This document shows, piece by piece, positions 16,655-24,207 of a DNA stretch of 35,573 bases; the stretch's first letter is position 1, and every line of letters begins with the position of its first letter. This DNA is from a virus. The translations under genes were made by a program, and so were the position numbers. Below the pieces are notes generated by a model, which saw only the letters and a list, made by a program, of their open reading frames with translations, did no database searches and had not been told where the DNA came from. The stretch lies in IMG/VR virus record IMGVR_UViG_3300043313_001992. One strand, given 5' to 3'.

Positions 16655-17135
16655 CGACGGCGGGCCGGGTCGTGGCCGTGGCCGTGGCGGCCTCGTCGGC
16701 GGCCACCGGCACGATGTTGGTGACCGGCACGTTGGTCCAGCCGGTGATCGACCATTCCAGGTCGAACGAGCTGGCGTCGCCGACGTCGCCGCTCAGCGGC
16801 GTGAACGGCTGGGGGATCAGCTCGCCGACATATTCGGGGTTGGTGGCGCCGACCGGCTGGCCCGCCGAAGGGATGACCGAGAAGGGCACGGGCACGCCGC
16901 CCTCGACGGCGGCGGTCAGCACCTCGTTCGTCCCCTCGGGGTCGTACGAGTGATAGAGGCTGGCCTTCAATGTCCATTTGATGACGCCCGGATAGTCGCG
17001 CACGCCGCACGAGGTCTTGACCTCGATGGTGGACACGTCGGGGGTCATCTCGATGTGGGACATCACGCACTTGAGCGAGCTGCCGTCGATGATCAGCTCC
17101 GGGTCAACGAGGATGACGGGCTGGAGGTCGGCCAT
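16647..17135 (-). CDS. major tail (tube) protein
   Basis: 162 aa from the ATG at 17135, preceded by CAGGAGCG. The pattern LIIDGSSLKCVMSHIEMTPDVSTIEVKTSCG...NPEYVGELIP resembles lambda gpV-like tube proteins. Confidence 0.65.
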   Translation of the reverse strand: MADLQPVILVDPELIIDGSSLKCVMSHIEMTPDVSTIEVKTSCGVRDYPGVIKWTLKASLYHSYDPEGTNEVLTAAVEGGVPVPFSVIPSAGQPVGATNPEYVGELIPQPFTPLSGDVGDASSFDLEWSITGWTNVPVTNIVPVAADEAATATATTRPAVDA

Positions 17136-17149
17136 GGGGGCGCTCCTGT

Positions 17150-17527
17150 TCAGGTGGTGATGGTCGTGCGGATCGAGATGCGGACGGCGAGGTAGTTGGT
17201 GCGGGCCATGGTGAACACCCGGGGACCGCTGACCGAGTCCAGGGGCCACGAGCCGGTGTCGGCCCGTAGGCGGCCGAGGACGTAGGCCACGAGCGCCTCC
17301 AGGGACGCCACGCCCTCGCCGGGCACGAGGCGGGACGCCACCGCCGTCACGACGAGGCGGCCCTTCTGGAAACACGACGTGTCCGGTTCCAGCCACGGGT
17401 CGCCCCAGCCGATCATCAGCGCCGGGGGTTCGATGGAGTCGACCAGCGACACGAGCACGTCGGGGTCGGTGCTGGCCACCGGGGCGAGCACGGCGGCGAG
17501 CTTGTCACGGGCCTCGGCGATGTTCAC
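17150..17527 (-). CDS. head-tail joining / tail terminator-like protein
   Basis: 125 aa from the GTG at 17527 (GTGA overlap with the adaptor stop). Call is based on position between the adaptor and the tube protein. Confidence 0.55.
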   Translation of the reverse strand: MNIAEARDKLAAVLAPVASTDPDVLVSLVDSIEPPALMIGWGDPWLEPDTSCFQKGRLVVTAVASRLVPGEGVASLEALVAYVLGRLRADTGSWPLDSVSGPRVFTMARTNYLAVRISIRTTITT

Positions 17528-17847
17528 GCAACCCCCCAGTTGCGCTTGTACGGCAACAGGGCGGCGGCGTGGCGCTCGAAGCCCGACGCCGGGCTGGCCA
17601 TCATGCCGGTGTCGGCGAACCCCACGCCCCCGTTGTATGTGGCCGGGGCCTTGTACCATTCGACGGCCCGGTTCACGTTGGTCCGCACGATGGCCCCCTG
17701 GGCGGGGTTCACGATGGGGGTGCCCTCCAGGAAGTGGTCGATCTCGGCGGCGGCGGCGTCGAGGCACTCGCGTAGCAGCTGGCTGTTCTCGGGCGTCACC
17801 CGGATTTCGAGGGCGGCGGCCAGCTGCTCGGTGGTGGCGTAGGCCAC
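17524..17847 (-). CDS. head-tail adaptor (phage gp6-like connector)
   Basis: 107 aa. YATTEQLAAALEIRVTPENSQLLRECLDAAAAEIDHFL is a typical gp6-like connector N-terminus. Confidence 0.7.
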   Translation of the reverse strand: MAYATTEQLAAALEIRVTPENSQLLRECLDAAAAEIDHFLEGTPIVNPAQGAIVRTNVNRAVEWYKAPATYNGGVGFADTGMMASPASGFERHAAALLPYKRNWGVA

Positions 17848-17850
17848 GGG

Positions 17851-18408
17851 TCAGGCCTCGTCGCCCGTGGCCGGATAGACGTCTACCAAGAAGTCCTCCA
17901 GCCAGCCGACCAACGTCGAGCGGTTCCGGCCCGCCCGCTCGGCGTCGAGCGCGGCGGCGGCCCGCTCGGGGTGCGTCGACACGTACGCTTTGACCTCGTC
18001 GACCGTGCCATGCGCGCACACCTCGGTCGTGTCATCCCCGGTCGTGTCGGCGGTCGGGGGGTTGACCGTGAGCGGGACCGAGTTGGATTCCTCGCCGTTG
18101 TCGTTGCGCACCGTGATCATGCGGGTTCCGGCGGCGCCGCCCGCGGGGAAGGTGGCGGTCAGCTCGCCCGATCCGGTGTCGAGGACGGTCGCCTGGGCCA
18201 CCTGGTCGACCTCGATGACGGACGTCGCCGTGAAGTTGGTGCCCGTCACGTACAGCGTGACGGTCACGCCGACCCAGACCGACTCGGGATCGAGGCTGGT
18301 GATATGCGGGTCGGCGGCCGACCCGCCACCGCCCCAGACCTCGGGCGGGTAGCTGGCGCCGTAGGCCACCTCGGTCGCCCGGCGGAGCTGGGCGGTGATG
18401 TCACTCAT
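17851..18408 (-). CDS. Ig-like (IPT/TIG-type) domain protein, possible head decoration/accessory
   Basis: 185 aa. ITSLDPESVWVGVTVTLYVTGTNFTATSVIEVD...TRMITVRNDNGEESNSVPLTV fits an IPT/TIG beta-sandwich pattern. The gene follows the capsid gene, and AGGAG lies before the ATG. Confidence 0.65.
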   Translation of the reverse strand: MSDITAQLRRATEVAYGASYPPEVWGGGGSAADPHITSLDPESVWVGVTVTLYVTGTNFTATSVIEVDQVAQATVLDTGSGELTATFPAGGAAGTRMITVRNDNGEESNSVPLTVNPPTADTTGDDTTEVCAHGTVDEVKAYVSTHPERAAAALDAERAGRNRSTLVGWLEDFLVDVYPATGDEA

Positions 18409-18500
18409 AGGGTGCTCCTATCGGGGTGGCAAGGGGCGACGGCCCGGCGTGAGGAATCCCGGCGATGTGGGATACCGGACCGCCGCCCCGAGCGGGGAGG

Positions 18501-19778
18501 TCACGGGCCGATGCGCACGGCGCCGTTCTGCTCGGCGGGGGCCGGGGTGCCGCCCGTGACCTCTTCCTTGGTCGTCGGGCGATGGAACGCCATCGCCTCG
18601 GCGACGGCCACCTGACGGCCCATCAGCGACGGCTCGATGGCCTCCAGCAACGGGAACGAGTACGTGTACGCCTCCATCGCCAGGCTGTTGCCCATGAAGA
18701 TGTCGGTCGTGCTGATCCCGTGGGTGACGATCTGCTGGAGCCCGAGCGGTCCCAGGTTGAAGTCGCCCAGCGACGCCGCACCGAGGGCGTTGGAGGCGCC
18801 GAGGAAGGGGAACATCGGGCGCCCGGCGGCGTCGGTCAGCGACCCCAGCTGCGCCCAGCCCAGCGGGCCGTAGGCGATCCAGGTCGGCAACATGTTCGTG
18901 TTGGCGTAGACCAGGGCGGCGGCGTCGAACAGCGCGGCGAGGGTCGTGGCGGCGTCGGCCCCGGCGGCGAGCGGGACGTGCGCCGTGGTCAGCGCCAGCT
19001 CGGCGAGGGCGGCGGCCTCGCCCTGGTAGGCGGTGCGCCGCTGAAGCTGGCCGACGATGATGTCCCATGCCGTCGGATGCAGCGACATGAGCTGCTGGGA
19101 CACGTTCAGGTAGCCGCCGACGGTCGTCAAGCTCAACGTGTCGACCTTGATGTCGAACTTCTTGCTGACCAGCTCGGCCTTTTCGAGCGGCTGCACGGCG
19201 GCGCCGGTCTTGAAGTCGGGGTCTACGAGGCGGGGCCGCGAGAACGTCATCGAGTTGGGGGCGGGCTGGCGGCCGATGGCCGACAAGAAGGGCTGGCCCT
19301 GGGGGTTCAGGTCGATGACCGGGCCGACGACCGGGGCCACGTAGAGGGCGCCGAAGCCCCCGGCGACCGGTGTCGTGTTCTCGGCCACGGTGCCCATGTG
19401 CTGGGCGGCCCGCTTCATCGTGAAGTCCCAGCGGCGCCGGGCTTCCTGGTCCTCGTGGTCGTGCGCCGAGCCGTATTGGGCGTGGAGGCAGTCCCACACC
19501 ATCTCGCCGCCCGTGCGGTACTTGATGCCGCCCGGATCGGGCGACGGCGTGGGCGACAACAGCTTGTGGCGGGTGTCGTCGTCCATGGCCTTGTCCTCGC
19601 CGAGGACCTTGATCATGGCGTCGAGCTTGTCGATCCGCTCATAGCTGTTGGTCATCAGCTCCAGGTCCTGGGCTGACGGGTCCTCGCCCCGATCGAGGGC
19701 GGTGTTCTTCAACACGTTGACGGTGTTCAGCAAGCGGTCACGCTCGCCGATGTAGTTCTCCACGAGGGCGTGGGGCAC
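18501..19778 (-). CDS. major capsid protein, HK97 fold, with N-terminal delta/scaffold-like domain
   Basis: 425 aa from the GTG at 19778, preceded by GGGAGG (5-nt spacer). The N-terminus is helical and the body is typical (FDIKVDTLSLTTVGGYLNVSQQL...). The gene follows the prohead protease. The longest ORF (to 19904) adds only Arg-rich junk. Confidence 0.85.
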   Translation of the reverse strand: MPHALVENYIGERDRLLNTVNVLKNTALDRGEDPSAQDLELMTNSYERIDKLDAMIKVLGEDKAMDDDTRHKLLSPTPSPDPGGIKYRTGGEMVWDCLHAQYGSAHDHEDQEARRRWDFTMKRAAQHMGTVAENTTPVAGGFGALYVAPVVGPVIDLNPQGQPFLSAIGRQPAPNSMTFSRPRLVDPDFKTGAAVQPLEKAELVSKKFDIKVDTLSLTTVGGYLNVSQQLMSLHPTAWDIIVGQLQRRTAYQGEAAALAELALTTAHVPLAAGADAATTLAALFDAAALVYANTNMLPTWIAYGPLGWAQLGSLTDAAGRPMFPFLGASNALGAASLGDFNLGPLGLQQIVTHGISTTDIFMGNSLAMEAYTYSFPLLEAIEPSLMGRQVAVAEAMAFHRPTTKEEVTGGTPAPAEQNGAVRIGP

Positions 19779-19931
19779 GGTGGCCTCCCAGGTGATGCCC
19801 GGACCACGCCGGGCGGGGAAATGGGGGTTCCGCACGTTGGGCTGGACCCTGGCCCGGCGGGCGCCCCTGACACGGGGGACCCTGTGGTAACGGGAGCGGA
19901 GCACCGCTGCGCTTGGCGGTGAAGCGTAGCC

Positions 19932-19947
19932 AGATAGACGGCTATCA
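19932..19947. promoter_or_regulatory. boundary palindrome AGATAGACGGCTATCA
   Basis: The protease stop (19945-19947) is in the right arm. The motif opens the 166-nt leader before the capsid gene. Confidence 0.7.
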
Positions 19948-20655
19948 GCGGTTGACGGTGCCGAATCCGCCGGGGACGGTTACGCCGTAGGTGCGCACCA
20001 GCTCGGCCTGACGGGCCTGCTCGGCGTCGAGGCGCCCGGCCAGCTCGGCCCACCGTTGACGCCGGGCGGCGGCCTCGGCCTCGGCCAACCGCACCGCCTC
20101 GTCGGCCTGGGCGATCTCGTGCTGGTGCTCGTCGACCTGGGCGCGGTAGGCGAGCACCTCGGCGCCCGTGTAGGCGCCCTTCGCTTCGAGGGCCACCTGG
20201 TCGAGGTAGGCCCGGACCCGCCACCGCACGCCGTCGTCCTCCTCGGTGGCGCCCGTCGGGGGCACCCGGAACTCGACCGACAGGTCGGCCACCCCGTTGT
20301 CGAGGAGGTCCTGCACGTCGTCGGCCTTGGACCGCACGATCGCCACGTCGCCGTAGAGGCCGTCAGGCTCGTCCCGTAGCGCCGTGAACGGCCCGAGGTA
20401 GCCGAGGCCACCCCGGTCGTGGCGGTGGACGAGGCTGACCCGTGAGAAGGCCCCCTTGCCCCGCCCGTCGATCTGGCCCCGGAAGGCGCCCGGCCGGAAC
20501 CCCTCGCGGTAGATGTCGAGGCGCCCGTCGGGCAGCTGGTCGAGGACGTCGGTCGGCTCGTTGTAGGGCACCAGCCGTCCCGTCAGGTGCCGGGTGCCGG
20601 TCCGCTCGATGTGCGCCGGGAAGGCCCGCAGGAAGGTCGGCTGGATGTCGTTCAC
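19945..20655 (-). CDS. HK97-family prohead (capsid maturation) protease with C-terminal coiled coil
   Basis: 236 aa. Motifs GRLVPYNEP...EGFRPGAF...SLVHRHD...GLYGDV...DLSVEFRV match the S78 protease pattern. GTGA overlap at 20652-20655. Confidence 0.85.
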   Translation of the reverse strand: MNDIQPTFLRAFPAHIERTGTRHLTGRLVPYNEPTDVLDQLPDGRLDIYREGFRPGAFRGQIDGRGKGAFSRVSLVHRHDRGGLGYLGPFTALRDEPDGLYGDVAIVRSKADDVQDLLDNGVADLSVEFRVPPTGATEEDDGVRWRVRAYLDQVALEAKGAYTGAEVLAYRAQVDEHQHEIAQADEAVRLAEAEAAARRQRWAELAGRLDAEQARQAELVRTYGVTVPGGFGTVNR

Positions 20656-20930
20656 GTCGGTCCTCCGGGGGCCAGGCCCGCCGCCACGTAGCGGGCACGT
20701 AGTTCGTCGAGCAGCTCCACCGTGGACACCGCCGCCAGGTCGGGGCGCATGTTGCGGGCGGCGTGCAGTGCCGCGACCGTCGCCGGGTCGGGTGAACCCC
20801 CACCACGCGGGCCGGACCGCCCGGCGACATGTCGCGACACCGCCGCGCCGAGGTCGGCCTCGTGGGCGGTGGGGCCGATCTCGACGACCTGGGCGAGCAC
20901 GTCGGCCACCGATGGCTCGACGTCTGTCAT
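20652..20930 (-). CDS. hypothetical protein between portal and protease
   Basis: 92 aa. ATGA overlap with the portal stop and GTGA overlap with the protease start. Confidence 0.6.
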   Translation of the reverse strand: MTDVEPSVADVLAQVVEIGPTAHEADLGAAVSRHVAGRSGPRGGGSPDPATVAALHAARNMRPDLAAVSTVELLDELRARYVAAGLAPGGPT

Positions 20931-22231
20931 CGGACCGCCGCCGACGCCTGGACCGAGTTGGCGTTCAGCCGTTCGGCGGCCCGTATCTCGTCGATGGTCA
21001 CGGCCCGCTGGCCGGTGGCCTCGTCGTGGATGCCGAACAAGGCCGCCCAGGCGGTGACCCGCTCGGGGAAGGCGGGCCGCACGTATTCGTCCCGGTTCAG
21101 CTCGACCCGCTCGCCCTCGGGCATCGCCCACTGGCTGAAGGCCTCCATGATCATCGCCGCCTTCGGCCGCAAATAGGCCCTCCAGTGAAAATCGTAAATG
21201 GAGCTGACGTTCTGGTAGACGAGCGACCCGTCGCCCGTCGGGAGCCCCAGCAACGTTGGCGGGACCCCCAGCAGGGTGGCGATCCGGGCCTCGTCGAATT
21301 GGCGTAGCTCAAGCAGCGCCATGTCCCGGGGCGAGATCGTGAACGGGGTTAGCTCGACGCCGCCCGACATGACGGCGGGGGCGCCCATCGACGACATGCG
21401 GGCCGCCACGAAACGGTTACGCAGGAGCGTGGCCTGCTCCTCCGATAGGTTGCCGGGGGCGGTGAGGACCCCCCACGGGATACCGCCCCGGGTCGACAAT
21501 CCGGCCTGGTACCGCTCCAGCGAGGCGGCGCCAAACAGGTTCTGGGCGAGGGCTTCGAGCGGGCCGTGACCGTGGGCGTCGCCCGGCCAGCTCGTGTAGC
21601 GGAGGTGGAGCACGTCGTCGGTGATGTCTACGCCGCCCATCAGGAAGCGCCGCACCTGGCCGCGCATCTCGACCTCGACCCAGGCCGGGTTCAGCATCAC
21701 CCACGTCCGCACCGACCCGTCACCATGGCGGGACGTCGCCCATACGAAGGCCTCGCCGTTCATGTAGCTGACGATCAGCTGCTTCATGGCCTCGGTCCAG
21801 CCCGAATACACCTCGGGCTGTGGGTTGACCATCCACCCCGTCGGCTCGATGACGTCGGTGCCCCGTAGCCGGTAGGGGGGCATCGTGGCGAGGATGCTGC
21901 TGTTGAGATCAATCGCGCCGAACACGGTGCTTACCCGGTTGATCATCCCGGCGAGCCCCCCGGCGGCGTCGCCCCAATTGGGCGTCGACCATTCGACCGG
22001 CCACCCCGACCACGCCTGCACGGGCGGCGCCCCGAGCGACTCGGGGTACATGACGTGGGTGTTGCCGTAGCCCTCGGACGTCGTCGGCCCGGTCCCGACC
22101 GGGGGCGGGGGCTGGATGTTGTCGTTCGGCGGCCACGACCGGGGGTCGTCGGCCCGGTGGTGCCGCTGCTCGGCCACGACCAGGCCCGAGGGGGTCACGT
22201 GCTCCATCGGACCTGAGGGTAGCCAGGGCAC
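20927..22231 (-). CDS. portal protein (HK97-type)
   Basis: 434 aa. LGVPPTLLGLPTGDGSLVYQNVSSIYDFHWRAYLRP is typical of the portal family. The start is ambiguous: GTG at 22231 or ATG at 22207. Confidence 0.85.
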   Translation of the reverse strand: MPWLPSGPMEHVTPSGLVVAEQRHHRADDPRSWPPNDNIQPPPPVGTGPTTSEGYGNTHVMYPESLGAPPVQAWSGWPVEWSTPNWGDAAGGLAGMINRVSTVFGAIDLNSSILATMPPYRLRGTDVIEPTGWMVNPQPEVYSGWTEAMKQLIVSYMNGEAFVWATSRHGDGSVRTWVMLNPAWVEVEMRGQVRRFLMGGVDITDDVLHLRYTSWPGDAHGHGPLEALAQNLFGAASLERYQAGLSTRGGIPWGVLTAPGNLSEEQATLLRNRFVAARMSSMGAPAVMSGGVELTPFTISPRDMALLELRQFDEARIATLLGVPPTLLGLPTGDGSLVYQNVSSIYDFHWRAYLRPKAAMIMEAFSQWAMPEGERVELNRDEYVRPAFPERVTAWAALFGIHDEATGQRAVTIDEIRAAERLNANSVQASAAVR

Positions 22232-22234
22232 GGG

Positions 22235-22250
22235 TGATAGACGTCGATCA
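22235..22250. promoter_or_regulatory. boundary motif TGATAGACGTCGATCA
   Basis: Lies 4 nt upstream of the longest portal ORF, at the portal/island junction. Confidence 0.7.
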
Positions 22251-22272
22251 GCCCGACGGGCGCTGAGTAGGA

Positions 22273-22320
22273 GGGGCCGTACGACCTATGTTGCCCCGGT
22301 TAATGGCCGCCGATACTATT
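22273..22320 (+). promoter_or_regulatory. promoter-like repeat, copy 1 (leadered)
   Basis: GGGGCCGTACGACCTATGTTGCCCCGGTTAATGGCCGCCGATACTATT. It shares CCTATGTTGCCCCGGTTAAT and GCCGATACT with copies 2-4. The -10-like GATACT is followed by a 29-nt leader carrying GAAAGG before the ATG at 22350. Confidence 0.6.
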
Positions 22321-22349
22321 AGCACACCACCACCCCGAAAGGCCCCGAC

Positions 22350-22577
22350 ATGCGCACCGCCACCACCTACACCCGCCAGATCAACCGCCTGCTCGACCAG
22401 CTCGCCAGCTCGCAGCGCCAGGCCGCCGGATACCGCCAGCTCGCCAAGGCCGCCGCCGCCCTGAACATGGAGTACGAGGTCGAGCGGATGACCGCCAGCG
22501 CCGACGAGATGGACCGCGACGCCGACGACCTGATGGACCAGCTGGTGGACGCCGGTTACACCCCCGAGGGCATCTGA
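22350..22577 (+). CDS. hypothetical small acidic helical protein
   Basis: 75 aa. GAAAGG lies 8 nt upstream of the ATG. It is the first gene of a four-gene mini-operon. Confidence 0.65.
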   Translation: MRTATTYTRQINRLLDQLASSQRQAAGYRQLAKAAAALNMEYEVERMTASADEMDRDADDLMDQLVDAGYTPEGI

Positions 22578-22807
22578 TGGACACCGTGACGCGTGACGAG
22601 GCCGCCTGGCGGCCGCTCGACGAGGTGCGGGTCGGCGACCTGATCCACCCCGGCAAGGGCAACGACGTGCACCGCCTCACGGCCATCGAGGTCGTCGAGG
22701 TCGTGACGGTCCGGCGACCGTCGAAGTCGATCATCGAGGTCGAGCTGGCCGACGGGTCGATGGCGTGGGGTGGCCGGGCCATGAAGTTCTGGATGGTCAA
22801 GCCGTGA
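22577..22807 (+). CDS. hypothetical small beta-rich protein
   Basis: 76 aa with a TGATG overlap with the previous stop. Confidence 0.6.
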   Translation: MDTVTRDEAAWRPLDEVRVGDLIHPGKGNDVHRLTAIEVVEVVTVRRPSKSIIEVELADGSMAWGGRAMKFWMVKP

Positions 22808-22989
22808 GCTGGCGACCGGGTGAGCCTCACGAGTTCTCGGCGGGTCGCCGCGCCCGGGTCCACCGCCAATTCGAGCGAGCGCTCGATGCCCGGTATCCGG
22901 GCTACCGGCACCGCATCGTGCCCGCCACCGAGGTCGTCGCCCTCCAGGCCACCACCGATGACACCCCACGAGAGGACCCCCCGACATGA
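22804..22989 (+). CDS. hypothetical protein
   Basis: 61 aa from the GTG at 22804 (GTGA overlap). The longest ORF starts at 22765. Confidence 0.45.
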   Translation: MSWRPGEPHEFSAGRRARVHRQFERALDARYPGYRHRIVPATEVVALQATTDDTPREDPPT

Positions 22990-23207
22990 CCACCACCGAC
23001 CTCGACCGCCACACCCGCAACGTGCAGCGCCTCGCCGCCAAGGCGGTCGCCGCCGAGGCCCGAGCCAGCGCCCTGCGGGCCGACCTGGAGGCCGAGGCCG
23101 TCGCCATGCGCCGCCAGGGCGCCACGCTGGCCGCCATCGGCGCCGTCGTGGGCATGTCGGCCCCCGGCGTCCTCAAGATGCTTCGCCGCCACGGGGTGAC
23201 GCCGTGA
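22986..23207 (+). CDS. small HTH DNA-binding protein
   Basis: 73 aa with an ATGA overlap. It has a coiled N-half and a C-terminal HTH-like GATLAAIGAVVGMSAPGVLKMLRRHG. Confidence 0.6.
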   Translation: MTTTDLDRHTRNVQRLAAKAVAAEARASALRADLEAEAVAMRRQGATLAAIGAVVGMSAPGVLKMLRRHGVTP

Positions 23208-23212
23208 GCGAA

Positions 23213-23260
23213 GGGGCCGATCGGCCTATGTTGCCCCGGTTAATACGCGCCGATACTTGG
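23213..23260 (+). promoter_or_regulatory. promoter-like repeat, copy 2 (leaderless geometry)
   Basis: GGGGCCGATCGGCCTATGTTGCCCCGGTTAATACGCGCCGATACTTGG. GATACT is followed by 6 nt and then the ATG at 23264. Confidence 0.6.
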
Positions 23261-23263
23261 AAC

Positions 23264-23440
23264 ATGAACAACACCACCCCCGCCCCCGCCGCCCCCGCTA
23301 CCCGCAAGTTCACCATCCACGTGACCAGCCGTCACCAGTGCCCGGTCACCCGCACCATCGAGGCCGCCAACATTTGGGAGGCCCAGGCCTACGCCCTCAA
23401 GCGTTACTCCAAGTACGTGACCCTGCGGGTCGTCGGCTGA
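23264..23440 (+). CDS. hypothetical 58-aa protein (MNNTTPAPAAP...)
   Basis: The ATG sits 7 nt after the -10-like GATACT. GC3 is high. A hairpin plus T-run follows the gene. Confidence 0.55.
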   Translation: MNNTTPAPAAPATRKFTIHVTSRHQCPVTRTIEAANIWEAQAYALKRYSKYVTLRVVG

Positions 23441-23466
23441 CCACCACCCCCGCCCCCCCCACGACA

Positions 23467-23499
23467 GGCCCCGGCTACGGCCGGGGCCATCGTCGTTTT
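23467..23499 (+). terminator. intrinsic-terminator-like hairpin
   Basis: GGCCCCGGC-TACG-GCCGGGGCC (9-bp perfect stem) followed by atcgtcgTTTT. Confidence 0.55.
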
Positions 23500-23505
23500 C
23501 GGGGA

Positions 23506-23553
23506 AGGGCCGGACGACCTATGTTGCCCCGGTTAATACGCGCCGATACTTGG
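23506..23553 (+). promoter_or_regulatory. promoter-like repeat, copy 3 (leaderless geometry)
   Basis: AGGGCCGGACGACCTATGTTGCCCCGGTTAATACGCGCCGATACTTGG. The ATG at 23557 lies 7 nt after GATACT. Confidence 0.6.
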
Positions 23554-23556
23554 AAC

Positions 23557-23811
23557 ATGCCCAACACCGATACCACCCACTTCCTCGCCCGCCACAACAC
23601 CACCGCCTGCGGGGCGCCGTTCAACCCCGACGAGGTCACGACCTGTGTCCTGTTCATCGAGTGCGACGCCTGCGAGGACGTCACCCAGGCCGAGGCCCAC
23701 CGCCGGGGCCTGGAGCGCAGCCGCATGGTGGCCCGCTCCCACGCCCTGAACGCCGCCGCACGGGCCGGTGACGCCGCCGAGCGCCACAAGGTCATGTTCG
23801 GCAGCTGCTGA
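23557..23811 (+). CDS. hypothetical 84-aa four-Cys protein
   Basis: MPNTDTTHFLARHNTTACGAPFNPDEVTTCVLFIECDACED has a C-x13-C-x5-C-x2-C arrangement. Its TGA stop is the first arm of the motif copy at 23809-23824. Confidence 0.55.
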   Translation: MPNTDTTHFLARHNTTACGAPFNPDEVTTCVLFIECDACEDVTQAEAHRRGLERSRMVARSHALNAAARAGDAAERHKVMFGSC

Positions 23812-23824
23812 TAGACGTCGATCA
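23809..23824. promoter_or_regulatory. boundary motif TGATAGACGTCGATCA
   Basis: Its TGA is the stop of 23557-23811. It is immediately followed by the terminator hairpin. Confidence 0.7.
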
Positions 23825-23825
23825 C

Positions 23826-23860
23826 GGCCCCGGGCTACGGCCCGGGGCCGCCGTCGTTTT
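23826..23860 (+). terminator. intrinsic-terminator-like hairpin
   Basis: GGCCCCGGGC-TACG-GCCCGGGGCC (10-bp perfect stem) followed by gccgtcgTTTT. Confidence 0.55.
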
Positions 23861-23865
23861 CGGGA

Positions 23866-23913
23866 AGGGTCGGATGGCCTATGTTGCCCCGGTTAATACG
23901 GGCCGATACTTGG
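23866..23913 (+). promoter_or_regulatory. promoter-like repeat, copy 4 (leaderless geometry)
   Basis: AGGGTCGGATGGCCTATGTTGCCCCGGTTAATACGGGCCGATACTTGG. The ATG at 23917 lies 7 nt after GATACT. Confidence 0.6.
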
Positions 23914-23916
23914 TAC

Positions 23917-24207
23917 ATGAACGCAACCCCCGCCCCCACCGTCAAGGCCCGCCGCACCGCCGAAAGCTACGTGTACGCCGTCGAGGTCGACGGGGTCGCC
24001 ACGGGCGCCACCATCAAGACCGTGCGGTGCACGGCTCGGGCGAACTTCTACGGGATCTTCGACCCGACTGGCGAGCGGATCGGCTCGGCCGAGTTCAAGT
24101 CGGCGCTGGCGGCGGCCAAGGCCAGCGCCGACCGCCCCGCCGAGCGGGCGACCAACGCCGCCGAGATCGCCGCCGTGACCGACTACCTGTTCATTACCGG
24201 TCAGTAG
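23917..24207 (+). CDS. hypothetical 96-aa protein (MNATPAPTVKA...)
   Basis: GC3 is high. It is convergent with terL and overlaps its stop by 7 nt. Its N-terminus resembles that of the 23264 gene. Confidence 0.55.
   Translation: MNATPAPTVKARRTAESYVYAVEVDGVATGATIKTVRCTARANFYGIFDPTGERIGSAEFKSALAAAKASADRPAERATNAAEIAAVTDYLFITGQ

Noticed and set aside
23228-23263. Upstream in-frame ATG that would add MLPRLIRADTWN to island genes 5-7 (also at 23521 and 23881). This would make the 48-bp repeat a conserved coding N-terminus, with a TTA codon suggestive of bldA-type control.
   Set aside because: The segment uses TTG, TTA, ATA, GAT and ACT codons, which are essentially avoided elsewhere in this genome. 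In copy 1 the same sequence is out of frame with its gene, and similarity stops right after GATACT. The in-frame relationship is one fixed 36-nt spacing, not three independent observations. A promoter reading is preferred, but translation from this ATG is not excluded.
22273-23913. Island promoters as sigma-28/WhiG-type promoters, on the basis of GCCGATAC
   Set aside because: Only the -10-like half matches. No TAAA-type -35 lies 15 nt (or TAAAGTTT at 11 nt) upstream. This is kept as a note inside the finding rather than as a call.
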